Assembly (NCBI GenBank): GCA_016432325.1 | Contig: CP066684.1 | Coordinates: 224,001-288,000 of the forward strand | Origin: Candidatus Aenigmatarchaeota archaeon | Lineage (GTDB): Archaea > Aenigmatarchaeota > Aenigmatarchaeia > PWEA01 > JACQIF01 | DNA: 64,000 nt | Reading direction: 5' to 3' | In this document: one piece after another, positions 19,459 to 29,782 of the stretch | Position numbering within the stretch: the first letter of the stretch is position 1 | Layout of the letters: the number at the start of each line of letters is the position of its first letter | The notes under the pieces: generated by a model | The model's input: the letters and a program-made list of their open reading frames with translations, nothing else | Told to the model about the DNA's origin: nothing | Database searches by the model: none | Translations under genes and position numbers: made by a program

Positions 19459-19525
19459 GTGCTTCTGCTCCGCAAGAACGGATAAAAAGCTTTTGTTTCG
19501 GTCATTTACGGCAGGTGTGCGAGAA

Positions 19526-19780
19526 TCAAATCTTCTTCACGCCGTCAACGAACACGTGTATCGCGTTGACGGGACACGCCTCTGCGGCCGCCAGTATGGT
19601 TTTTAACGCGTTTTCGTCCATGTCGCTCTCCCATGACCACTTCTCCGGACGCGCCTGCGCGGAGCCGATTATGTGCGCCTTGCCGTCCTCCAACAACTCG
19701 AAGTGCTGCGGGTCCGCGGCCATGCAGGCGTTCGTACCCACGCAGACGTCGTGCTCGTACTCTATGCGAACCTTCATCAC
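19526..19780 (-). CDS. monocluster ferredoxin
   Basis: CVGTNAC...AAEACPVNAI. Confidence 0.85.
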   Translation of the reverse strand: MMKVRIEYEHDVCVGTNACMAADPQHFELLEDGKAHIIGSAQARPEKWSWESDMDENALKTILAAAEACPVNAIHVFVDGVKKI

Positions 19781-20211
19781 GTCAACTCGTCTATCTTTTT
19801 CAAAATGTCTGCGCCGTGGCCTTCTGCACGTACGGCGGGGTCCGCGTATACTACGATACCGTCCGCTATTATGTACGTCACGCGCTTCGCGGACGGAACG
19901 GCAGGAACATCGAACGCCTTGCAGATCGCTCGGTCTTTGTCGACTAGCAGAGGGAAGTTAAGGCTGTATTTCAGGGCGAACGTCTGGTGCGATTCGACGC
20001 TGTCCGTAGAAACGCCGAAAACGCGCACGCCGCGGTCTATGAACTCCGGGAGGCTGTCGCGGAATGAGCACGCTTCCTTGGTGCAGCCCGGGGTGTCGTC
20101 CTTGGGGTAAAAGTACAGGACGGTGACGCCCTGGAAGTCGAGTTTGTGCGTACGGCCGTCTTGGCTTGGCGCTTCCATCGGTTCCACCTTCGCTCCGACA
20201 TGGAGGACCAT
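19777..20211 (-). CDS. bcp: peroxiredoxin Bcp/PrxQ
   Basis: YFYPKDDTPGCTKEACSFRD. Confidence 0.93.
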   Translation of the reverse strand: MVLHVGAKVEPMEAPSQDGRTHKLDFQGVTVLYFYPKDDTPGCTKEACSFRDSLPEFIDRGVRVFGVSTDSVESHQTFALKYSLNFPLLVDKDRAICKAFDVPAVPSAKRVTYIIADGIVVYADPAVRAEGHGADILKKIDELT

Positions 20212-20261
20212 GCGTAAACATCGTTCGCGTGGTATTTATTAGCTCCATGCTAAATACGGCC

Positions 20262-20672
20262 ATGCGCAGTTTTGCGATATTCGCGGCGATGCTGCTGGCG
20301 ATGCCGGCGCTCGTGTATGCGGCGAATCCCTCGGCCCTCTTCGGAGGGGAGGTAGGCCAGAAACTTCCGTCTCCGTTGGATCAGCTCTTCGGCAACGAGA
20401 GGTCGAACGTCTATGTGACCGAGACGGACATAGTAGTCGGCGTGGTGACGAAAGACGCAAAGGTCGCCGCGATAGAGGAAGGCGGCGTGGAAAACCCGAC
20501 CGTGAACGTCTTCGTCTCGCAAGAAACGCTTGACGGGTTGGTCTCAGGCGAACTTACGTACAAGGAGGCCGTTTCAAAGGGCCTCATAAAGATCCAGGGA
20601 GTCGGGCTGTTGAACTCGACGAAGTTCATGGTCCTGGAGTTTGTTGCAAAGATTCTGCTCATCTTCTCCTGA
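20262..20672 (+). CDS. secreted protein, SCP2-like C-terminus
   Basis: Signal peptide; AVSKGLIKIQG. Confidence 0.5.
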   Translation: MRSFAIFAAMLLAMPALVYAANPSALFGGEVGQKLPSPLDQLFGNERSNVYVTETDIVVGVVTKDAKVAAIEEGGVENPTVNVFVSQETLDGLVSGELTYKEAVSKGLIKIQGVGLLNSTKFMVLEFVAKILLIFS

Positions 20673-21345
20673 AGCCGTGATCGTCCAGGGGCTTGAGATA
20701 GGCGTGATAGACGTAGTGCGCGATGAGCAGGAGTGCGGCCACGACGGCTATGCCCAGATAGATGTTCTCCCTGAACGCCGTTATCACTCCGGACGCCGCG
20801 TAGGCGTAACCGAATGAACTTATCGTGGCTCCTATGGCGATTGCCGTAACGGTCTTGTTGGATTCGAGTCCGAGAATCCTGCCGAATACTGCGGCCGTTA
20901 TGGAACCTCCGGGCTGTATAGGCAACGCCATGAAAAGAGCGATGCCCGTGTACGCAAGCTCACGAACCCATACCCTGTGCTTCAGCAGGTCCGACGTCTT
21001 CAAGGCAAGCGACTTCAAGAGCGGGCCGACCAAAGGTATCTTCAACAGGAGGTTCCAGTTCCACGCGAAGAACAGGCCGATGATGACGTCTATGAGCGCT
21101 ATGTAAGACGCGATGACGAAAGGATCGAAATCAAGCGCCACTGCAAGAGGTATTATGGAACCCTTGCCAAGAGGCGTAAGTACGTATGCTCCTACGAGGC
21201 CGAGGAACTCTGTCGACCTGTCGCCCAGAAGAAACAGCGCCGAAATGATGTAGAAGGCCGTAAGAGCCCAAGGAAGAACGAAGAGCAACGCTTCTACGGC
21301 GGCCTGGTGCGATTTTTTTATTTTACCGACAATCGGGAGATGCAT
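20659..21345 (-). CDS. small multidrug export-like membrane protein
   Basis: Multiple TM segments, FMALPIQPGGSITA. Confidence 0.7.
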   Translation of the reverse strand: MHLPIVGKIKKSHQAAVEALLFVLPWALTAFYIISALFLLGDRSTEFLGLVGAYVLTPLGKGSIIPLAVALDFDPFVIASYIALIDVIIGLFFAWNWNLLLKIPLVGPLLKSLALKTSDLLKHRVWVRELAYTGIALFMALPIQPGGSITAAVFGRILGLESNKTVTAIAIGATISSFGYAYAASGVITAFRENIYLGIAVVAALLLIAHYVYHAYLKPLDDHGFRRR

Positions 21346-21378
21346 GCCTCTAATTCCGCGAGGCCGTATAAAAATGCT

Positions 21379-21591
21379 CTAACGCAGCGTTTCGAGCAGC
21401 TTCATTATCTTTTCCCAGTTGCTCAGTCCCCTGTCTCTCGTCACTATCGTGCGTCCCTCTTTCTTCGCGAGAGCGACGATTTCGTCATCAGAGAGATCGA
21501 GGCTCTTCGAATAAACCGTGTCGTAACCGATCATGCGCAGCCAGCGCACGAGACTGCCGAGCATGTCGTCTGCAAGGAATCTTTTCTTCAT
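21379..21591 (-). pseudogene. Mut7-C/PIN-like RNase N-terminal fragment (70 aa)
   Basis: FLADDMLGSLVRWLRMIGYDT...IVTRDRGL, then stops without the usual C-terminal Zn-ribbon part. Confidence 0.6.
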
Positions 21592-21596
21592 CGGAA

Positions 21597-22112
21597 TTAC
21601 TGGATAACAACGACCGTGCGTCCAACAACAGGACTCTTCTTCGATATGGCCAGCTCGTATGCGGGTTCCGCTCCAGCGTCTGCTCTGTACGGCAGCTGCA
21701 CGCGCACGTCCACGCTCAGATTGCCTCCAACAAGCTCCCCCACATTGAGGAAGCATTCTTCTCGATTGACCAGGGCACGATTTCTTGTATTCTTGTATCC
21801 GTCTGCGTGGGCGTAGTCGAAAAGCACGTGTGTTCCCGCATCTGCTAGATTGGTCAGCACGAGCCCGTCGCCTCTGGAGCGCAGCGATATGTGCTCGTCC
21901 TCTATGCCGAAGTGGCGGGCTATCGGCGGAAGTTTTAGCAGCGTGCCATTGACGCCTACCGTCGGCGCTGCGTTTCCAATACTTTCCAACGGAAGCTTCT
22001 TTTCCGCGCTGAAAGGGGGCGCCCGTCCAAGGTTCGCCGCTTTTATCTGATAGAAGATTCTTTCTGTATCCTGCAAGACTGTCATTTCCATCCCGCCTAT
22101 ATTGTCGCGCAT
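21597..22112 (-). CDS. hypothetical protein
   Basis: 171-aa ORF. Confidence 0.5.
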   Translation of the reverse strand: MRDNIGGMEMTVLQDTERIFYQIKAANLGRAPPFSAEKKLPLESIGNAAPTVGVNGTLLKLPPIARHFGIEDEHISLRSRGDGLVLTNLADAGTHVLFDYAHADGYKNTRNRALVNREECFLNVGELVGGNLSVDVRVQLPYRADAGAEPAYELAISKKSPVVGRTVVVIQ

Positions 22113-22145
22113 ATCTTCTTAAAGCCGCTTTCAGGATATCGTACC

Positions 22146-22631
22146 ATGCAAGAGACTCCCATGAAGTTGCATCCGACGCGGCTGGCCTTCCTGAAATACT
22201 ATGCTGGCGCGGTCGTTGCTCTGATAGTGTGGTATGCGTTGTACGCCAACGTTCTGGGCCTCGAACGCTCTGTCATAGAACTCTACGGTCCATACGTCAT
22301 CCTTCTCGTTGTCGTTGCCTTTATACTGGTCGTCGCGGCTGAGGTTCACGTTCTGACAGACGCGTACGCGATAACGGATCGCGGGATGACGCAGCGCGTG
22401 GGCATTTTATCCATCAAGGAATCGTCCGTCACGTGGGACCGCGTCGCAGACGTGCAGATGCACCAGAGCTTTTTCGAGCGAATTCTGGGAATAGGAACGA
22501 TAGTTGTGCAGAGCTCCGGAGGCGATGAGGAGCCGGAGGTTCTGATGCGCTCGGTCGGAGGAGCGGTGCGCGTGAAGCAGACGATAGACGACAAGATACA
22601 TGAATCAAAGGCGCCGCGGCAGGCGGCATAA
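22146..22631 (+). CDS. bacterial PH (bPH_2) domain membrane protein
   Basis: 2 TM + YAITDR...QSFFERILGIGTIVVQSSG. Confidence 0.85.
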   Translation: MQETPMKLHPTRLAFLKYYAGAVVALIVWYALYANVLGLERSVIELYGPYVILLVVVAFILVVAAEVHVLTDAYAITDRGMTQRVGILSIKESSVTWDRVADVQMHQSFFERILGIGTIVVQSSGGDEEPEVLMRSVGGAVRVKQTIDDKIHESKAPRQAA

Positions 22632-22711
22632 GCCCGACTCTTAACAGCAGTTTCAACGGTCTTCGAACAGCGATTCGAAGTTTTCGAACTTGGTTCGGAA
22701 ATCCTCTCGAT

Positions 22712-22831
22712 GAAGTATGTGGTGTACCGAAACAAACCTTCGGTTTGAAAGGTCCTAGCTTAGAAATATGTGGTGGACCGAATGAAACTGCGGTTTCAAT
22801 AGTCATCTCGATGAAGTATTGGTGGACCAGG
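22712..22831 (-). repeat. ~50-nt-spaced copies of the tRNA-Ala 3' end and its flank, separated by hairpins
   Basis: GAAGTATGTGGTGTACCGAA 22712, GAAATATGTGGTGGACCGAA 22763, GAAGTATTGGTGGACCAGG 22813. Confidence 0.7.
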
Positions 22832-23018
22832 CGCGATTGCCGTAGGGGTTCTAGGGTGCACGAAACGCGCTGCGTTTCGGCATACCGCGGTAGAGACCGC
22901 GTGCAGCGCAAATAACGCCACATGGGGTGCCCCTTTTTTGAACGCGCGACCTCCTGCATGCCATGCAGGCGTCATACCGTTGCGCTTTGAGCGCACTTCC
23001 GGGCTAGACTACTGGCCC
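22820..23018 (-). tRNA. tRNA-Ala(GGC) with two non-canonical introns (D-loop ~22 nt, T-loop ~100 nt)
   Basis: GGGCCAG-TAGTCTAGC..GGTATGAC-G-CCTGC-ATGGCAT-GCAGG-AGGTC-GCGCG-TTCAA[intron]AT-CGCGC-CTGGTCC-ACCA; all stems pair. Confidence 0.88.
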
Positions 23019-23147
23019 TTCGGGTTTCCCTATGACATCGGATTACTTAAATGCACAGGGACAACGATAAGCGCCCGATGATGAGCCTTACGGGCGGACT
23101 GAGGGCTCTAACAGCGATTTATATTACTTGGGACAACTCTGTAAAGT

Positions 23148-24329
23148 ATGTCAGAATTCGCCAAGACCGTCATGATAGGCCTTCTTCTTCTGGCCGCGGC
23201 AATCGTTTCCGTCAGCGGCGACATAGACTTTCTCGGCAGCCCTTCAGGCGCCGGCTACCGCTTCTCGCCTTCTGGCGGAACGCTGCGCGCGTCAGAAAGC
23301 GGCGATGGAGAGGACATATTCTTCGTAGGCACGGGACAAGTCGAGGACTTCGCGCGGAAGACGTTGGCGAGCCCGTTCGCCGTCAGCTACCTCAAGCAGG
23401 ACACCGTTCACGCCTCTTTCAAGAACCTGACCGTTGCCAGAGGCCTCTTCCGCAACCAGGAAGAACGCGTCTCCTTCGAGATAGGCACCACAAGGGACAT
23501 TAAGGGAGGCACTCTCAGTGGCAAGGTAATAAACACCAACCGCTACGGGGCTTTCATAGTCAAGCTCAATCAGAAAACTATATTCAACAAGGCGATGAAG
23601 ATAGGGGATACGTTCGAGACAGACGTTTCGCCTGACCTCTTCGTGAACGGCACCAACGAACTCGTCATCGGAGCGACTTCCAGCGGTTGGCGACTGTGGG
23701 CACCGACAGTTTTCATCGCAGACGTCGCTTTCACCAGCGGCCAGGAGGGCGCGATAAGCAAGAACATGGACTTCAGCATACCGTCGGACCGCATTCCCGC
23801 GAACAAGGGCCGCTTCGTGTTCAGGGCCGAGCGAACGTCGGGGAACGGCACGCTCTCGATACGCCTCAACGACGAACAGATTTTCAATCAGGCGCCCAGC
23901 AACAACAGCCTGACCATCGTCGACGTCGCCGGATCCATCGTCAAAACGGAGAACAACGCGACATTCAAAGCCAGCGGCAACGCCAGCTACCAGCTCTCGT
24001 CCTTGGAGTTCATTTACTTCTACAACCGCGGGCCGGCAATCAACGCCACGAAGACGTTCACGCTGACCAAGAAAGACGTGGAAGCTCTCCCCGGAACGCT
24101 TGAAATAAAGATAAGCAAGGTGGTCGGAAGCCCAACTGCTCTGTGGCTGGATGTCGTGCGCCCGGACCGCACGACAACGCGCGTCGTACCGCAGGGAATC
24201 CTGGAAACAGGCAATACGCTGTCCGTCACGCTGACCAAGGCGAACGTCGCCGAAGGCACGAACACCGTGAAGTTCTACGTCACAGGCCGCGGAGGATACG
24301 AGATAAGCAGGTTCGAAGCCAAGCCTTGA
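23148..24329 (+). CDS. membrane-anchored beta-rich surface protein
   Basis: N-terminal TM; beta-strand rich with many NxT/S sequons. Confidence 0.7.
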   Translation: MSEFAKTVMIGLLLLAAAIVSVSGDIDFLGSPSGAGYRFSPSGGTLRASESGDGEDIFFVGTGQVEDFARKTLASPFAVSYLKQDTVHASFKNLTVARGLFRNQEERVSFEIGTTRDIKGGTLSGKVINTNRYGAFIVKLNQKTIFNKAMKIGDTFETDVSPDLFVNGTNELVIGATSSGWRLWAPTVFIADVAFTSGQEGAISKNMDFSIPSDRIPANKGRFVFRAERTSGNGTLSIRLNDEQIFNQAPSNNSLTIVDVAGSIVKTENNATFKASGNASYQLSSLEFIYFYNRGPAINATKTFTLTKKDVEALPGTLEIKISKVVGSPTALWLDVVRPDRTTTRVVPQGILETGNTLSVTLTKANVAEGTNTVKFYVTGRGGYEISRFEAKP

Positions 24330-24388
24330 GCGGCTTTTCAGGCTTAAATAATCTGGGAACGAAGTGCGAATAGACAGTAGGTCTTCAC

Positions 24389-27124
24389 ATGGCGAAGGAG
24401 AGATGTCGTTTTTGCAACTTGCTTATCGAAGACTATGACATGAACGACCACATGTCTGCGCTCCACCGCAACCAGATGGCGGCAGAAGTGGCTGCTGCGC
24501 GGGCGGAGAGGTCGGTCCAAACAGAGCGCACTGTAGGAGGAGAGATAATACGCGCACAGCGGCAGGCAGAGGCCGAAGCCGCCGCGCGTGAGAGAAGGCT
24601 CGTTGACGAGTCCCGCAGGCAGGCGGCCGTGGATGCTGCCAGACGACAGGCGGATAGAGATGCGATACAAGCACGCATAGACGAACAAAAACGCGAACAA
24701 GAACGGAAGCGCCGTGTCGCCGAAGCAGGAGATTATCTGGGTCCTGAACAACAACACCTTTATCAGTTGGCTGGAGGCACGAAACAAAGCCAAGATGAGG
24801 ATCGCCGCGTACGCGAAGCGCGCAGGCGCTCGGAAAGAGGCGAGGGTAGAGATATCCCGCAGGCACCAGAGGCATTGGGCGGCCTGTTTGGAAGGGCAGA
24901 GGAGGAAGCGGCACTCGAGCAGAGGCGCATTGCGGCCATCGGACAGGCGGCTGGATTTGCGACGGCTCAATTTGCGGCCCAGAGAACGCTCGGTGCCAGA
25001 GCCGCTCGCGCAAGACGCGCGGCAACAGGAGGCGTCATGAGGTTGGGCCGCGGCATCAAAGGCGGCGCCAAGTGGGTCGTGGGCAAGATAATCCCTCCGG
25101 GCGGCAGCAGCAGAGCGTCCAGATACAGCGTCGAAATCGTTGAAATATTGTTCGGCATCATAATATCCGCGGTACTCTACTTCGTCCTGAGCCGCTATCT
25201 TGGCGCGCCTTGGGCGGAGCTGTTCTTGGCGGGCGGCGTTTTGCTCACCCTGAGCTTCGTCTTCCCCAGCAAGGGGCAGGTTGGAGTCGCGGGTCTCTTC
25301 CTTAGGTTCGTCGGCCTGCTGTTGGTCGCGATGGCGTTTTCCACGCGGCAGGAAGTCATCACGTTCCTGATACTGTTCGCCGCGTTCTTTGCCTTCCCGC
25401 AGACCTATCTTGGCAAGGACGTCGCTGACAGGATAAAGCCTCTCCTGAGAGGCCTCTTCGGTGTTGCAATCGCCGCGTTCACTTTCTTGATATTCAGCGG
25501 CGGCTACGGTCTGCCTGCGATAACGGGCTTGTCGTGGGGAATGGGACTGATGACAGCCGGGCTCCTCATATCGACCCCGCAAGTCGAGGGCGCATTCCTC
25601 AAGATAAGGAAGTCTCCAAGCGTCTTGGCCACCGGAGCTGTCATAGCCGGGCTGGGACTGGGAACATACCACTTGCTTATCATAGAAGGAGCGTTGGTCA
25701 CGTCCATAATATTCCTGGTGATGGGTGTGGTCTCCGCGTACATCGCCTGGACGATAGACCCGATGGAACGCAGCATGGTCGGCGCGCCGCTCGTGATAAT
25801 CTTCATCGGGCTTTTGATAGTCGGTTCCGGCACGGCGCAACAGTCCGTGGGTCAGGCCGCATTCGGAGTCTACTGGCCCAACATACAGACGACTCTCGAA
25901 CCGATATCCGGCGCCCTGAGGGGCTTCGGAGGCGGAACGACAACGCTCCAGATAGGCGTCGAATGTTTAGCCGACCCGATAGGCTGCCAGCAGAGGTTCA
26001 AACCGCAAGCCAAGACGGCCGGAACGGTCAAAGCCGTCGAAATCGTGCAGATGTCTGTCCTCGGCGAGCAGACCATAAGCCGCGTCTATTCGGAAAACAA
26101 GGTGCTTCTCGAAATCAGGAACGACGGCACGACAGACGCGAAGAACATCGAAGTCACGTTCCTCAAGCCGACTCTCGGAGTCAAGGCTGACGGCGAACTT
26201 TGTGAAACCACTCTCGACTGCATACCGAAGGTGCAGTGCCCGACAGGCACTGGTCGGCTCACAGGAGAAGGAGTCTCCTGCACGATAGGAAACCTCTTCC
26301 CCGGAGAACCGGCGCAGATGATAGCCACGTACAAGATAGACCTCACGAAGGCCAACGTCGAACCGAGAGGCAACTCCGTCAGCTATAAGGCAGACGTCGC
26401 GTACGCTTATGACGCGTCGTCATCAATGGACGTCACGCTGCTGAGAAGCGACTTCTACGACGATCTGGCCAAGAACGGCCGCCTGAAGTTCACCACGGCC
26501 ACTAGTACAGACACGGGCGGACCTGTGCGCATCGCGCTGGCCATCTACAACAACCAGATGCCCATACGCGCCGGACTGGACGCGGCTCCGATACTGCTGC
26601 AGCTGGAGAACCAAGGCAGCGGCCGCGTGACTAATGTTGCGTCCGCTTCCGTGAACGTCGCGAATCTTGTCGACAGGGCTCCTGAAAACGGCTGGGGCGA
26701 CCTGAACAAGAACCTCTGCTCCACCGAAGGATACAACGGGGAGGAGCCCGAACTGAGCATCACCGCTCCCATAGAGTCGCCGTTAGAGGCGTCTGACCCG
26801 GAACAGACGACCAAACGCACGTCGTGCATAATCCCGTTGAAGGACGTGCAGGTCGAAAGCCAGACAGAGGGTCTTGTGGCAAACGTGGCGTACGTATACA
26901 CCCAGTCCAGAACGCTCCGCGCCAACATCGAGTTCGGAATGGGCAAGGTGTGCGAATGCAAGGCAGGTACGAACGCTCCCAACGCCGGCGCGAAAGTGAC
27001 GACCTACGGCAACGAGGACGAAACGTGCAAGGACTGCCAGACCTTCTGCGGCGGCAAGGAGAACGTTCAGAGCGCGCCCGAGGGGTCCACTAACGAACAA
27101 AAGGCGAGCTACGCCTGCGGATAA
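24389..27124 (+). CDS. large membrane protein: C2H2-like Zn finger, coiled coil, ~10 TM, extracellular Ig-like/Cys-rich region
   Basis: CRFC...HMSALH, R/E/A-rich helix, hydrophobic block, IRNDG/LENQG CARDB-like motifs. Confidence 0.75.
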   Translation: MAKERCRFCNLLIEDYDMNDHMSALHRNQMAAEVAAARAERSVQTERTVGGEIIRAQRQAEAEAAARERRLVDESRRQAAVDAARRQADRDAIQARIDEQKREQERKRRVAEAGDYLGPEQQHLYQLAGGTKQSQDEDRRVREARRRSERGEGRDIPQAPEALGGLFGRAEEEAALEQRRIAAIGQAAGFATAQFAAQRTLGARAARARRAATGGVMRLGRGIKGGAKWVVGKIIPPGGSSRASRYSVEIVEILFGIIISAVLYFVLSRYLGAPWAELFLAGGVLLTLSFVFPSKGQVGVAGLFLRFVGLLLVAMAFSTRQEVITFLILFAAFFAFPQTYLGKDVADRIKPLLRGLFGVAIAAFTFLIFSGGYGLPAITGLSWGMGLMTAGLLISTPQVEGAFLKIRKSPSVLATGAVIAGLGLGTYHLLIIEGALVTSIIFLVMGVVSAYIAWTIDPMERSMVGAPLVIIFIGLLIVGSGTAQQSVGQAAFGVYWPNIQTTLEPISGALRGFGGGTTTLQIGVECLADPIGCQQRFKPQAKTAGTVKAVEIVQMSVLGEQTISRVYSENKVLLEIRNDGTTDAKNIEVTFLKPTLGVKADGELCETTLDCIPKVQCPTGTGRLTGEGVSCTIGNLFPGEPAQMIATYKIDLTKANVEPRGNSVSYKADVAYAYDASSSMDVTLLRSDFYDDLAKNGRLKFTTATSTDTGGPVRIALAIYNNQMPIRAGLDAAPILLQLENQGSGRVTNVASASVNVANLVDRAPENGWGDLNKNLCSTEGYNGEEPELSITAPIESPLEASDPEQTTKRTSCIIPLKDVQVESQTEGLVANVAYVYTQSRTLRANIEFGMGKVCECKAGTNAPNAGAKVTTYGNEDETCKDCQTFCGGKENVQSAPEGSTNEQKASYACG

Positions 27125-27169
27125 AGGCTTTATATTGCTGTGCGACAAAAACGGACATACGGGATAAAG

Positions 27170-28162
27170 ATGAACAAACTTCCGCTCATCGCAGTCTTTT
27201 TTGTAATATTTATGGCCGGCTGCGTCGGCGGCTTCGAAGGCTTCAAGTTCGGGGGCTCGGCAACGACGATAGAAGCGCCGGATGACGTGCTTTTGATAAC
27301 GGACGCCAAGGTCGTTCCGACTCCTCCAATACCGGCAGATTCCACTTTTGACCTCACGTTCCTCGTCGAGAACACAGGAGACGCGGAAACCGGCAAGGAA
27401 GCGAAGGCAACTAAGATTTACGCCTTCAACTGGGGCAGGTGCGAGCCTGCAATGGGTGGGAAAGAAGGATACGGCAATGCCAACGAATGGAAGAATACAA
27501 CCGGAGAGGCGCTTATAGGCATACCAAACCAAGAAACAAGCGGCGGCCGAACCATATTCCCTGGCGGAGGCGCGTACCTTGTCGAGTGGACCTTCCGCTC
27601 GCCCACCAACGACGAACTGGGCCGCGTGCAGGGCATCTGCACAGTCCAGTACAAGGTCGGATACGACTTCACGGCGCTGACAGTAACGGACGTTAACGTC
27701 GTCAGCGAAGCGCGCCTGCGCGAAGCCAACCGCGCCGGCGAGACGATAACCGTCACGCCCATAACGAGCAAGTCCAAGGGACCGCTTAAGATAGATATCG
27801 CGATAGGGGCAGACCAACCCATACGCGAGGGCACGACCGTCCCTATACGTGTCTCCGTCGAAGACCGTGGGGCCGGGCTCACGAGAGAGGTTGGAAAGGA
27901 GGCGCTCACGATAACATTCCCCGACGCCTTCATAAAGATAGACTGTGAGAAAGGTGGTTTTAAGAGAGCTGTCGCCGAGAAGCCTGTATATACAAACGCA
28001 GAGGCGATGCCTTTCATCAGAAAGGAGACTCCTCCGCTCAGGTGCGACGTGACTATGCCGTCCGCAACGGATTTGAGGACGTACACTATCAACGCGCAGA
28101 TGGACTACCGTTATGAACTGTTCGACGAAACGGACGTCTCAATAACGCCGACGATTGGCTAA
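27170..28162 (+). CDS. surface lipoprotein, two Ig-like domains
   Basis: MAGC lipobox, VENTG, GPLKIDI, DYRYE. Confidence 0.75.
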   Translation: MNKLPLIAVFFVIFMAGCVGGFEGFKFGGSATTIEAPDDVLLITDAKVVPTPPIPADSTFDLTFLVENTGDAETGKEAKATKIYAFNWGRCEPAMGGKEGYGNANEWKNTTGEALIGIPNQETSGGRTIFPGGGAYLVEWTFRSPTNDELGRVQGICTVQYKVGYDFTALTVTDVNVVSEARLREANRAGETITVTPITSKSKGPLKIDIAIGADQPIREGTTVPIRVSVEDRGAGLTREVGKEALTITFPDAFIKIDCEKGGFKRAVAEKPVYTNAEAMPFIRKETPPLRCDVTMPSATDLRTYTINAQMDYRYELFDETDVSITPTIG

Positions 28163-28194
28163 AGCTTATATATCGGTTTCTTCTAACGCAGTTC

Positions 28195-28770
28195 ATGCGC
28201 TCAAAGAAAGGCATCGAGCTGCCCGTCAACATGCTCGTGATGCTCGCAGTAGCGGTCGTAGTCCTTTTGGTCGTCATCGCATGGTTCGTTTCAACTTCTT
28301 CAAGCACTACGCGAACGCAAACGGAGCAACAGCAGTTCCAGTCTTGCTGCTCGAAGTTCGTCACGGCAGGCTGCCCGACAGGCAGCGCAACAACGTTCCC
28401 GACAACAGGCGCATGCGGTTATAATGACGCGAACAGCAACGGCGTCCAAGACGCGGGCGAAGGTTCTGCCACTCTGGGCACGCTAGGCGCGAAGGTCGGC
28501 ATATCAGGAGACTCCGGAATAAGGAGCGCATGCGGCTGCCAGGCAACAACAGGCACGAGCCTTGCCGCTTGCGGTGACGGCGCAGATAACGACGGCGACG
28601 GAGCCATTGACACAAACGACCCGGGATGCTCCAGCGCGTCAGACACATCGGAGATTAGCCAGTGCGCCGATGGCATAGACAACGACGCGGACACCAAGAC
28701 AGACTTCGGAGCCGCGAACACGACCGATCCTCAGTGCAGCAGCCTCGCAGACAACTCAGAAGCATCGTGA
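28195..28770 (+). CDS. archaeal type IV pilin-like protein with Ca-binding Cys/Asp repeats
   Basis: Class III signal KKG|IELPVNMLVMLAVAVVVLL; CGDGADNDGDG..DPGC and CADGIDNDAD..DPQC. Confidence 0.8.
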   Translation: MRSKKGIELPVNMLVMLAVAVVVLLVVIAWFVSTSSSTTRTQTEQQQFQSCCSKFVTAGCPTGSATTFPTTGACGYNDANSNGVQDAGEGSATLGTLGAKVGISGDSGIRSACGCQATTGTSLAACGDGADNDGDGAIDTNDPGCSSASDTSEISQCADGIDNDADTKTDFGAANTTDPQCSSLADNSEAS

Positions 28771-28812
28771 GGTCGTTTTAACCTTTTTATTGGTGCGCGA
28801 CGAAGAGTGCGC

Positions 28813-29730
28813 ATGAAGAACGTGCTTCTCGCCCTGCTGGCCGTCGTTTTGGTAGCAGGCTGCGTCAACTTCGGCGGCTCTCTCGCAGCGTTCACTCTCT
28901 TCCCCACGAAGACGACGTCCACGGTGGAGGACCTCAGGATAGACGTCCAAGCCGCGCCGGACGAGGTTCTGGAAGGCAAGAAGATGACGCTCTTTTTCAC
29001 GCTGACCAACGCCGGCAATACTACCATCAACGATGTTACGCTGACGGTTACGGACACGTGCGCTTTTGACCCTGTAACAGCAACATCGACTGTAAAGACC
29101 TTCGAAACCATCGCTCCAGACGAAATCAAGACACATGACGTGGAGCTGAAAGCGCAGGCCGTCGATACGGAACGCCTTTGCGCGCTGCGCTACGCCACTT
29201 CCTATCGTTCGACAGCCACGCTGCAGACAGACATCGCCGTCGTGTCAGAGGATGAACTCATCCGTCTCAACAGGAAGGGCGAAGAGAGTAACATAGAGAT
29301 AACGGAGGTCCAGTCCCTGGGCCCCGTTCTCATCGATCTGAGGTTTTCCAAGCCTCAGCCCATTCCTGAGAACACGCAGTTCTTCATGTACACCAAGCTT
29401 GTGAACAGCGGGAGCGGAGACGTAACGGAGATAGCGACGCGGGGATTCACAATAGACTATCCGAAGGACCTCATCACGCTGGAAACAAGCGAAGGAAGCG
29501 TCTGTGACGATCTGGACCCCCTCACGCTGCCCGGCGTTTCCACGTTTATAGGCCAGTTCGCCACGTATAAGCCGCTGAAATTCATAGACAAGGAAACCAA
29601 GACCATAACATGCAAACTCAGGACCGGGCCCGTCGGCAGTTCCGTGACGAGAGTCGGAACGTTCCACGCCACGGCGTCCTACAAGTACACGCTGAGAGGG
29701 GAAACTACAGCAACGATAAACCCCGAGTGA
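28813..29730 (+). CDS. surface lipoprotein, paralog of 27170-28162
   Basis: VAGC lipobox, LTNAG, GPVLIDL, SYKY. Confidence 0.75.
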   Translation: MKNVLLALLAVVLVAGCVNFGGSLAAFTLFPTKTTSTVEDLRIDVQAAPDEVLEGKKMTLFFTLTNAGNTTINDVTLTVTDTCAFDPVTATSTVKTFETIAPDEIKTHDVELKAQAVDTERLCALRYATSYRSTATLQTDIAVVSEDELIRLNRKGEESNIEITEVQSLGPVLIDLRFSKPQPIPENTQFFMYTKLVNSGSGDVTEIATRGFTIDYPKDLITLETSEGSVCDDLDPLTLPGVSTFIGQFATYKPLKFIDKETKTITCKLRTGPVGSSVTRVGTFHATASYKYTLRGETTATINPE

Positions 29731-29782
29731 CGCTCAAAAAGGTTTATATATTGAAAACGGTTAAGCCTAGCGAGGAGTTCCG

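Noticed and set aside
22712-22831. CRISPR array
   Set aside because: Repeats are degenerate and derive from the tRNA 3' end; the spacers are themselves hairpins
22346-23000. ORF-track proteins over the tRNA-Ala region (likewise 34176-34496)
   Set aside because: Spurious translations of tRNA genes and repeats
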